Virus record (IMG/VR): IMGVR_UViG_3300017761_001785
Location: 1 to 31,352 of that record
Source of the DNA: a virus
Lineage: Duplodnaviria; Caudoviricetes
Length of the DNA: 31,352 nucleotides
Strand: one strand, 5' to 3'
How positions within the stretch are numbered: the stretch's first letter is position 1; the number at the start of each line of letters is the position of its first letter. The notes under the pieces are model-generated. The model did no database searches, was not told the origin of the DNA, and saw only the letters and a program-made list of their open reading frames with translations. The position numbers and the translations under genes were made by a program. Shown here one piece after another: positions 24,733 through 31,352 of the stretch.

Positions 24733-24959
24733 GCATCAACGAAAAGAAAGACAACAGCGGAGCGGCGTTTGTCCGCGAATCAGACAACCCCAAGGCCCCG
24801 AAGTACAGTGGTCCCGCCACTATCGGGGGTAAGGACTACGAAGTCTCAATCTGGCAGCAGACTAGCCAGAAGGGGGTTAAGTATCTTAGCCTGAAGTTCG
24901 GGGCACCCTATGTCCCGAAGGAAAAGAAACAAGAGGTCAACGAAGACCCCGAATGGTAA
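24729..24959 (+). CDS. DUF736-like putative ssDNA-binding protein
   Basis: DNSGAAF..PKYSG..IGG..Y.VSIW..G.KYLSL with an acidic-aromatic tail (EDPEW). Confidence 0.6.
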   Translation: MSINEKKDNSGAAFVRESDNPKAPKYSGPATIGGKDYEVSIWQQTSQKGVKYLSLKFGAPYVPKEKKQEVNEDPEW

Positions 24960-24965
24960 AATAAG

Positions 24966-25112
24966 TTGGGCTTCATCGGCATAGCCATTTGTACGGTTTG
25001 CTATATTGCAACCTCAGTTGATTTTTACATCAAGGGGAATATCCCCATGGCTATCGCCTTTGGAGGCTACTCAATAGCTAACATCGGATTTTTAATAATC
25101 GCAAGACAATGA
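24966..25112 (+). CDS. Small membrane protein, 48 aa (TTG start, not in ORF track)
   Basis: GFIGIAICTVCYIATSVDFYIKGNIPMAIAFGGYSIANIGFLII; two hydrophobic segments. Confidence 0.6.
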   Translation: MGFIGIAICTVCYIATSVDFYIKGNIPMAIAFGGYSIANIGFLIIARQ

Positions 25113-25204
25113 AACTTTGCACCTACGTTATGGCTGTTGGATTCTCCCTAATCATTTGGACATTAGTCACCATCGGTATGGTGGTTATGCTACAGAAGTG
25201 GTAG
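25109..25204 (+). CDS. Single-TM microprotein, 31 aa
   Basis: MKLCTYVMAVGFSLIIWTLVTIGMVVMLQKW; ATGA overlap. Confidence 0.6.
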   Translation: MKLCTYVMAVGFSLIIWTLVTIGMVVMLQKW

Positions 25205-25287
25205 ACAATCTTACGGCCTGCATATTCTGGCTAATCATTCTGGTGGTTTCTCTGAAGTTCCTTAAAGACATATTTGGACCACGATGA
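25198..25287 (+). CDS. Single-TM microprotein, 29 aa (GTG start)
   Basis: VDNLTACIFWLIILVVSLKFLKDIFGPR; its stop overlaps the next ATG. Confidence 0.5.
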   Translation: MVDNLTACIFWLIILVVSLKFLKDIFGPR

Positions 25288-25460
25288 AGAATAAGCTAGA
25301 GAACTGGATAGCCAACCGCCATGAAGACGAGCTTGCTGTAATGAACCTGCTCCAAGAATGGGGAGTCGTTAGCGACACCATCCTCTGGGCCAAGGACTGC
25401 GGCAACGACACCAAGGCCATGGTATGGATGGCTTGCAACACACACCTACTGCCTAAATGA
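25284..25460 (+). CDS. Hypothetical protein, 58 aa
   Basis: MKNKLENWIA..MNLLQEWGVVSD..; ATGA overlaps at both ends. Confidence 0.65.
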   Translation: MKNKLENWIANRHEDELAVMNLLQEWGVVSDTILWAKDCGNDTKAMVWMACNTHLLPK

Positions 25461-25573
25461 TTATTGTAGAAACATTTCTTAATTTGGTGGGCTACGGAGT
25501 AGTGGCTAACATTGGCTTTGCCTTTGTCTTTTGTTTCTCTCGCTTTAGGAAGCTCAATCGTTCACTCAAATAA
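25457..25573 (+). CDS. Single-TM microprotein, 38 aa
   Basis: MIIVETFLNLVGYGVVANIGFAFVFCFSRFRKLNRSLK; hydrophobic segment then basic tail. Confidence 0.6.
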   Translation: MIIVETFLNLVGYGVVANIGFAFVFCFSRFRKLNRSLK

Positions 25574-25576
25574 AGT

Positions 25577-25605
25577 TTGAACGAAAGCGCGAACTAAGGG
25601 TCTAT
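25577..25605 (+). promoter_or_regulatory. ECF/sigmaE-type promoter, copy 5
   Basis: TTGAAC-N17-GTCTAT, 6 nt to the ATG at 25612. Confidence 0.75.
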
Positions 25606-25611
25606 ACTTCT

Positions 25612-26085
25612 ATGAGCCTAGACATCGCCACTCCCAAGGGGCAGGTAAGCTTGCAAGACGAACAAATAGTGGCGCGTTGGTTCAATCGTAAAGAGGACCA
25701 CTTCTACCTCCAAACCCCGAAAGATAGTCCCGCCAAGGTGGATGCTATTCTCACAAGGGGAGAGGAGATCATTGGTCTTGCCGAAACCAAGTGTCGTTAC
25801 AACATAACCCTCCAAGACTTCCGCCACAAGTTCCACAACGAGTGGTTGGTTACTTGGGAGAAGTTGGAGTCGGGGTTGAAAATGGCAGAGCAACTCTGCG
25901 TTCCTCTCTATGGATTCCTGTATCTGGTAGATGATGATGTATTGTTAATAGCAAACCTAAGTAAGGCGGAGATACGCCGAGAGTTCACCGAAACCCAGAA
26001 GACGATCAATGGGGGAAAGATTGTCAGGGAGAATGGATTCATCCCCATGAAGGGGGCACTAGTAAAGCACACCATCAGTAAATAA
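25612..26085 (+). CDS. PD-(D/E)xK nuclease-fold protein
   Basis: E...AKVDAIL...GLAETKCR (D...ExK). Confidence 0.65.
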   Translation: MSLDIATPKGQVSLQDEQIVARWFNRKEDHFYLQTPKDSPAKVDAILTRGEEIIGLAETKCRYNITLQDFRHKFHNEWLVTWEKLESGLKMAEQLCVPLYGFLYLVDDDVLLIANLSKAEIRREFTETQKTINGGKIVRENGFIPMKGALVKHTISK

Positions 26086-26090
26086 ATTTT

Positions 26091-26216
26091 ATGGCAGGCA
26101 AAGGAAGCAAACCAAGGAAAGTAAATGGCCCGAAGTATCGAGACAACTTTGACAACATCAAATGGGGCAAAGGCCCGAAACCACACAATGAAAACAATAA
26201 AAAGACCCAAGCTTGA
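26091..26216 (+). CDS. Small basic phage protein, 41 aa (not in ORF track)
   Basis: MAGKGSKPRKVNGPKYRDNFDNIKW; GKGSKPR..N(F/W)D.I motif recalled from many phages. Confidence 0.65.
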   Translation: MAGKGSKPRKVNGPKYRDNFDNIKWGKGPKPHNENNKKTQA

Positions 26217-26781
26217 AAACTTAGATAACTACAAATGCGATAAACATTGCGACAGGCTTGAATATCCCTGCTCCCATTCTAAGGGCCGAGCAAAAGCTTA
26301 CCGTAATAACGTTGCTGTAAATCAAGCAACCGAGCTAAAAGCCATAGATCAAATAGAAGAGACGAGTTATGGTGTTTGGCTGGTGTGCAATAAGTGGTAT
26401 TTTCACCCAAACTCTAAACTTGCAAGACCAAAAGGACAACGCTCACGATATCAGAAATTCAAGAACTTCACCACATTCTGGAAGTTTATCCACGATAAGG
26501 GCAAAAATCCCCAATGGAAGATTAACAGGGAATTTAATCTGACCGAAGAAGATAAGCCAATTAATCGCAAAAAGCTGTTAACAGATGAAGATGTAATGCC
26601 ATTTGGTAAATACAGAGGAAAACAACTTAAACACGTTCCATACAGTTATTTTATGTTTTTGTGGAAAATGTTTGGCTTTTCCAATTTCAAAAAATATCGT
26701 GGGAAGGCTGGATATGTGGCAGAATACATAGAACGCCTTATAAAAAATAAACAACCTTGCACAAACCCCGAATCAATATGA
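26188..26781 (+). CDS. Basic protein with a C-terminal DUF3820-like motif (start revised to MKTIKRP)
   Basis: VMPFGKYRGKQLKHVPYSY motif; visibly AT-rich. Confidence 0.65.
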   Translation: MKTIKRPKLENLDNYKCDKHCDRLEYPCSHSKGRAKAYRNNVAVNQATELKAIDQIEETSYGVWLVCNKWYFHPNSKLARPKGQRSRYQKFKNFTTFWKFIHDKGKNPQWKINREFNLTEEDKPINRKKLLTDEDVMPFGKYRGKQLKHVPYSYFMFLWKMFGFSNFKKYRGKAGYVAEYIERLIKNKQPCTNPESI

Positions 26782-26957
26782 ACCTAAAAAAACTACTAAG
26801 TAAGGGCCACCTCATTCCGATCTACAACCCCGTGGATGGCAACTTGTGCATCGTGGGGTATCAACGCAAGCCCACCAGCAGAAAAGCCTCCCAGAGACCC
26901 TTTCTGCTCCCGCAACCCATCATCTTGGGCCCCTTGACCCCAAACCCCGAAACCTAA
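26778..26957 (+). CDS. Hypothetical protein (start MNLKK)
   Basis: 59 aa; ATGA overlap upstream, TAATG overlap downstream. Confidence 0.6.
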   Translation: MNLKKLLSKGHLIPIYNPVDGNLCIVGYQRKPTSRKASQRPFLLPQPIILGPLTPNPET

Positions 26958-27229
26958 TGAAACCCACAGGCCACGAACTAATAGACCAAGAGATAGGCAA
27001 ACAACTAGGAGAAGACGAAACAGTACTTCTAGCAGACGGGCTAGAGTCGGCATTTCTAGGTATAGGCCGACAGTTCTCCCATGCGGTAGCAATTTACTCG
27101 TACAAGAAGACGATTAAGAACCTGATGCGTCAGGGTATGGACAGGGAAGAGGCAATTGAATATTTTGACTTTAACATAGCAGGAGCCTTTGTCGGAGACC
27201 AAACCCCAGTATTCCTAGCAGACGAATAA
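26957..27229 (+). CDS. Conserved small phage protein (start MKPTG)
   Basis: 90 aa; ADG...A.LG...AIY...GM.REEA.EYFDFN..GA.VG..TPVF pattern recalled from aquatic phages. Confidence 0.75.
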   Translation: MKPTGHELIDQEIGKQLGEDETVLLADGLESAFLGIGRQFSHAVAIYSYKKTIKNLMRQGMDREEAIEYFDFNIAGAFVGDQTPVFLADE

Positions 27230-27316
27230 GCAACGTGTCGATAAAACCCCGAAATATATACACATTAGTAGATACATGTATACGGCGTAGACATATCTGT
27301 GGTATAAGGATCTCTT

Positions 27317-28795
27317 ATGGCGGGACGATTATCAATGGCAACGGAGAGACTGGCTTCGGCAATGAGGCCGCTCCCAACTTCTTCCTTTGGCTATCCAGTC
27401 AGAGAACCAGTCCCATCTGAACAAGCCTTCTTTGCCCTCAACCCCAATGTGGGAGGCTATGCCGCAGAGGACGGGGCTGTTGTCCTGAACGAGGGGGCAA
27501 GATATAAAGACAGATACCTGTCCAACAGAGAGCTTGGTAGTGTGGCGCAGAACGAGGCTTCCAGACTTTACATGCGGGATAGGGCTATTGTTCCAGATTT
27601 TAGCTTGACCAAGGATCAAGAGCTAGAGTTTCAAGGAACGGCCTACGGATCAAACCCCGAAGCATTGAAGCAGTCCATAGCGGCCAGAATCATTACGGGA
27701 GACCAGTCAGCGGGTGATACAACCCCAGAGCAGAAAAGCTTCTCACAGGGCCTCCTAAAGCAAATGCAAGCCAATGGCGAACCAGTCGCGACCAACCCCG
27801 AACCCAAACGGGGAATTGTGGCAAAAGCAGCAAGTAAGCTAGAAGAGGTTCTAGGAGTGCCCCTGCCTTGGGAACTCGGTCTCGTCACATCTGTAGGGTA
27901 TCAGATGGCCGCAGGAGAGGGGCCTCTAGTAGAACGGGCTCGCAAGGGTGGGGCTCAGTTCTTGGGCCGCTACGCCACCAATATGGCCAATCCTGCGCTG
28001 GACTTCCAGTTCCCCACGCTTGGAGAAAACTATGAGGTAAGCGACATCCTTCAGGATAGTGCCTCTTGGATGAGGCCAGAGTATTATGCCGATAAACGAA
28101 CAATCCCCATAGATGCAATGGTCAGGGGTAACGAGGTGCTTTCTAGAGATCTATTTGAACTCCCATCTCGCATACCAGTAGAAGAGACAGATCTTGTAAA
28201 AACAGGACCCAAACAATACACAGTTAAAGAGGGTAGCCCCCTAAAACCCGAAGCAAATGAGACGGGGCTTTATTACAACTATTTGTTAGGAAAGTACAAC
28301 GTCACCCAAAATCCCGAAACCAAAGCCCTGCAATACAGTGATACATGGGATCTGTCTTCTCCCTTGGGACCAGCCAAGGTAAAGAGCGTCAATGGGGACG
28401 AAGACTACGCCCCAGACTACGCACAGGAAAATAGCCCCCTGTCTTACATGGCTAGAAAGCTTGTTAACCCCTTTCTCCGTCCAGCCACCGTAAGTGGTAG
28501 CATATCCAACCCCGAACCCGAATTTAAGGGCTTCCCATCCTCCCATCCCTTTGTAAGTAATAAGGACGGAAGTAAAAGTAATGTCAAATTAGCCACAGTG
28601 GGTCTAGGAGACAAAACCTTCGTAATCCCAACAATGGTGGGGGGTAAGGATCTCTCTATCCAACAAGCCGTAAAAACAGCCAAGGACTACGGCCTTTCCA
28701 ACTACCCATCATTTACCAATCCCCAAGACGCCGATAGCTGGTCTAAAAAGTACCACGGCTCCATAGACGAAAAGGGTAGGCTCAAGTCTAAGTAA
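27317..28795 (+). CDS. Multi-domain protein, possible internal virion/ejection protein
   Basis: 492 aa; N-domain NPNVGGYAAEDG..LN..NEASRL..ARIITGD and C-domain NKDGS.S..VIPTM..A..WS..H recalled from large podovirus internal proteins. Confidence 0.45.
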   Translation: MAGRLSMATERLASAMRPLPTSSFGYPVREPVPSEQAFFALNPNVGGYAAEDGAVVLNEGARYKDRYLSNRELGSVAQNEASRLYMRDRAIVPDFSLTKDQELEFQGTAYGSNPEALKQSIAARIITGDQSAGDTTPEQKSFSQGLLKQMQANGEPVATNPEPKRGIVAKAASKLEEVLGVPLPWELGLVTSVGYQMAAGEGPLVERARKGGAQFLGRYATNMANPALDFQFPTLGENYEVSDILQDSASWMRPEYYADKRTIPIDAMVRGNEVLSRDLFELPSRIPVEETDLVKTGPKQYTVKEGSPLKPEANETGLYYNYLLGKYNVTQNPETKALQYSDTWDLSSPLGPAKVKSVNGDEDYAPDYAQENSPLSYMARKLVNPFLRPATVSGSISNPEPEFKGFPSSHPFVSNKDGSKSNVKLATVGLGDKTFVIPTMVGGKDLSIQQAVKTAKDYGLSNYPSFTNPQDADSWSKKYHGSIDEKGRLKSK

Positions 28796-29478
28796 ACCGC
28801 GCCCAAGGGCATAGCTTTTGCACAATAGTTCAAGCGTAGTTATGTAAAGTCGGGGTTTTGTGGTGGATAACGGCTTATCATAGAGTAGCGAAAACTCCCT
28901 ACATTTTGTGACACAAAGAGCAAGGTAATGTGTAGCGTAGAGTGGGACAGAGGGAACTAGTACCTTGTGTAAACCCCGCTATACATAAACCCCCATTGTG
29001 TATACCGAAGAGGACATTGCTATACACAGGGCTGATAATGCGTTCTCTCGTTTACTTTTTGTAGATATTTTTTGAGATGGGGTGTTCCACAGGATGAAGG
29101 TATGTCCGCCAGCCGGAAGGTGGGAGGGGGACCGGTGGGGTGGGTCCAGAGCGTGTGTCGCTGCGCCTGTCGTGCCGTGGTTGCGCTCCGTCCCGAGTGG
29201 CTATGACCCGACCCCGCATATAAATCATCTCGTCCCGTAGGGCCATCGTACACTATGGCATCTTGAGCCTCTGTGCCTGTATAAAAAGGGTTGACATCGA
29301 ACCCGCCCCTTCTGACCTGTCCACCTGCTATCGCCTCACCACCGGAAAAATGGCGCAAAGGAACCCCGAAATAATCGATCTTGACCTTGCCACCTGTCGC
29401 CTTTGTTTGCCGGATCAATAGTGTAACAGCGGAAAAATAAACTTGCGTCTGGTGGTATTCTGGCCCCGTCTGGCCGCA

Positions 29479-29557
29479 TAGGACATACCATGTCTCACCC
29501 CTAAAAATGGGTGGGGTAGGACATATCATGTCCGAGGGTATAGGACATATCGTGTCC
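29479..29557. repeat. Three 17-bp palindromic direct repeats (operator-like)
   Basis: TAGGACATACCATGTCT 29479-29495, TAGGACATATCATGTCC 29517-29533, TAGGACATATCGTGTCC 29541-29557. Confidence 0.9.
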
Positions 29558-29598
29558 AACCCGGAGCCCGCACCGAGATTATTTCTTAAAATAAATCG

Positions 29599-29626
29599 TT
29601 GACAGACGGCGGGGCCGGACTACCTT
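29599..29626 (+). promoter_or_regulatory. Sigma70-type early promoter
   Basis: TTGACA-N16-TACCTT preceded by an AT-rich UP-like tract (ATTATTTCTTAAAATAAA). Confidence 0.65.
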
Positions 29627-29651
29627 TGATTTGTGGCGCAAGCCATAACCT

Positions 29652-29930
29652 ATGAATAAAACCTACTACACAAAAACGGATGAGGGGCAATTTCTGCCTG
29701 CTCATATTGGATTCGATCAAATGTCAGACATTCTGGCCTCCATCATGGCGGACCAGATGCGCGACATCATCACCAAGAAAATGGAAGCGATCATCGATGA
29801 AATCGACATGGATCAAAAGGTCCGCGAGGCGGTGGAATCGGTGGACGCCTCCGACATGGCAGAAGAAGCAGTCCGCGAGGCCATCGAGGACATGGTCTCA
29901 AACAATCTGTCTGTGGACGTTTCCATCTGA
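29652..29930 (+). CDS. Acidic helical early protein
   Basis: 92 aa, D/E/M rich; repeated VREAV/VREAI. Confidence 0.75.
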   Translation: MNKTYYTKTDEGQFLPAHIGFDQMSDILASIMADQMRDIITKKMEAIIDEIDMDQKVREAVESVDASDMAEEAVREAIEDMVSNNLSVDVSI

Positions 29931-30313
29931 TGAAGACCATCGATCCCAAGGATATCAAGGCCACCTTCTATCTGGTAGCGACCAGTGCAGGATTCTATGG
30001 GTCCGGTGAAACTCTCATCGAGGCCGCGAAGAATGCCAGCGCACTGGCAAACAAACGCCTCCGCCGGAAATCCGGCGGGGGCCGGACATTGAAAGTGATG
30101 GGATGGGTCAACCATCAAAGCGAGGATTGCCGCTACGGCCAGATCAAAGAAGATGCCAGAAGGTCCCATCTCACCATCACCGGATATGATGACCATGACT
30201 TTGTGAACCCGTTTATCGGGTCATTCGGTCAAGTTGTCGCATGGGGAACACTCGACAGACTCGATATGTCCAAGTTTCCGAAGGTAGTGCTGTCTAAAGG
30301 GGATGAAGAATGA
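29930..30313 (+). CDS. Hypothetical early protein
   Basis: 127 aa; TGATG overlap. Confidence 0.75.
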   Translation: MKTIDPKDIKATFYLVATSAGFYGSGETLIEAAKNASALANKRLRRKSGGGRTLKVMGWVNHQSEDCRYGQIKEDARRSHLTITGYDDHDFVNPFIGSFGQVVAWGTLDRLDMSKFPKVVLSKGDEE

Positions 30314-30474
30314 GAAAGGAATTCGACCTCACCCCAAGCTGGCAGACATGTGTCCAGATCTATTGCGCGGTCCTACGCAACCCTGATGCTTCCTGTGAAG
30401 CTATCCAATCCGCCGAGGGTGAGTTGATGCGTCTGGCTGCCCACGTTGATAAACTCCAGAGGAAAGAAGATTGA
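30310..30474 (+). CDS. Small phage protein, 54 aa (not in ORF track)
   Basis: MRKEFDLTPSW...ELMRLAAHVD; ATGA overlap; ends just before a terminator. Confidence 0.7.
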   Translation: MRKEFDLTPSWQTCVQIYCAVLRNPDASCEAIQSAEGELMRLAAHVDKLQRKED

Positions 30475-30479
30475 ACCAT

Positions 30480-30507
30480 GGGGGGATGCTTCGGCGTCCC
30501 TCCTTTT
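30480..30507 (+). terminator. Rho-independent terminator
   Basis: GGGGGGATGC-TTCG-GCGTCCCTCC-TTTT: 10-bp stem, cUUCGg loop, short U tail. Confidence 0.75.
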
Positions 30508-30544
30508 CAGCCTTCACCCGGGGGAACCAATCCCACAAAAACCC

Positions 30545-30631
30545 ATGATCGAACCATCCACCATTCAAACCCTGCTCGAAGTCGGCCTGCTCGCGTTCCT
30601 TGGAACACTGGCAATGCTCCTTCGGGACTAA
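30545..30631 (+). CDS. Single-TM microprotein, 28 aa
   Basis: MIEPSTIQTLLEVGLLAFLGTLAMLLRD. Confidence 0.5.
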   Translation: MIEPSTIQTLLEVGLLAFLGTLAMLLRD

Positions 30632-30638
30632 TACCACC

Positions 30639-31343
30639 ATGTACCTTATCCACCAAACCAAGTCAGTCATAGTCATCGCCACTGCGAACAGTGCAAACCG
30701 GAAGACCGGAAAGTCTGTGCAACTTTGGATACTCGATGCCACCATGCATCCGGTGGAGTCAAGACGCACCGGACATGACGCACAGAACCAATGTATGGGA
30801 TGCTCCTTTGCCAGTGGCAATGGGTGTTATGTCAACGCCAACCCTCTCTCCTCGATCTGGCGTAAATTCCAGCGTGGTGGATATCCCCCCCTTCTCATGG
30901 GATCACCAGATTGGGATGAGTTTTTCACGACAGAATTTGTGCGCTTTGGTGCGTATGGGAATCCTTCCCTTATCCCCTTGTCCATGGTCAAAGACATTGC
31001 CAGCAAAGCAAAAAAGATCACTGGCTATTTCCATGACTGGCATCTGATGCCACCGGACCAAGCAAAAGCCTATGGTCAATTTTTCATGGCATCAACGGAA
31101 GTTGGCAACTTTAGACAGGCACAGTCTCTCGGTCTTCGCACCTTTTCCGTTGTGCCGCATGCCATACCTGCCACCGGAATCGAATGTCTGGCAGACGCAA
31201 AGGGGATGACCTGCAAGCAATGCGGATTGTGTGACGGCAACAGACGCACAGCTTCACGCAGCAAACCCTTGCCACATATCTTTATCACCGCCCATGGATA
31301 CCAGACCGCGAAGGCGAAGCTGGCATCCGGCGGTGATGAGTAA
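30639..31343 (+). CDS. Cys-rich Gp88/DUF7227-like phage protein (start revised to MYLIH)
   Basis: N.KTG, C..C......CY, RFGAYG.P, TGY.H, MAS, TC..CGLC, I.I.AHG motifs. Confidence 0.6.
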   Translation: MYLIHQTKSVIVIATANSANRKTGKSVQLWILDATMHPVESRRTGHDAQNQCMGCSFASGNGCYVNANPLSSIWRKFQRGGYPPLLMGSPDWDEFFTTEFVRFGAYGNPSLIPLSMVKDIASKAKKITGYFHDWHLMPPDQAKAYGQFFMASTEVGNFRQAQSLGLRTFSVVPHAIPATGIECLADAKGMTCKQCGLCDGNRRTASRSKPLPHIFITAHGYQTAKAKLASGGDE

Positions 31344-31352
31344 ACAACAACC

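Noticed and set aside
29479-29557. Mini CRISPR array
   Set aside because: Repeats are only 17 bp with unequal 21- and 7-nt gaps; no cas genes
29020-29559. 179-aa minus-strand ORF
   Set aside because: TTG start within the operator repeats, opposite to all neighbours, no motifs
1-31352. Stop-codon reassignment
   Set aside because: Long genes are intact in the standard code and TAA, TAG and TGA all end genes at tight junctions

Overview
The whole window looks like part of a dsDNA tailed-phage genome, probably podovirus-like. No host housekeeping genes, integrase, CRISPR array or tRNA were seen. The left arm (1-14.7 kb, minus strand) carries terminase large subunit, adaptor and fibre-like genes, portal, scaffold, major capsid protein and decoration/fibre genes. 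The centre carries a divergent TerS-like HTH gene, DnaB, a GT-A glycosyltransferase-like gene, HNH genes and an ~830-nt non-coding, heavily base-paired locus at the point where transcription diverges. The right arm (plus strand) carries RusA-like, dCMP deaminase, SSB-like and PD-(D/E)xK genes, micro-ORFs and a probable internal virion protein. After an 850-nt gap with a sharp compositional break and three palindromic operators come early-type genes. Main novel candidates: (1) a tandem small-RNA/large-RNA locus with mutual complementarity; (2) five copies of a sigmaE/ECF-type promoter, TTGAAC-N17-GTCWAT, driving leaderless genes; (3) a strand-polarised 10-mer, AAYCCCGAAA, seen 16 times; (4) tail-fibre-repeat proteins that carry Sec signal peptides; (5) a RusA-like protein split across two overlapping frames with an in-phase A_AAA_AAG slippery site. 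All calls are from reading the sequence by eye; no searches or folding programs were run.
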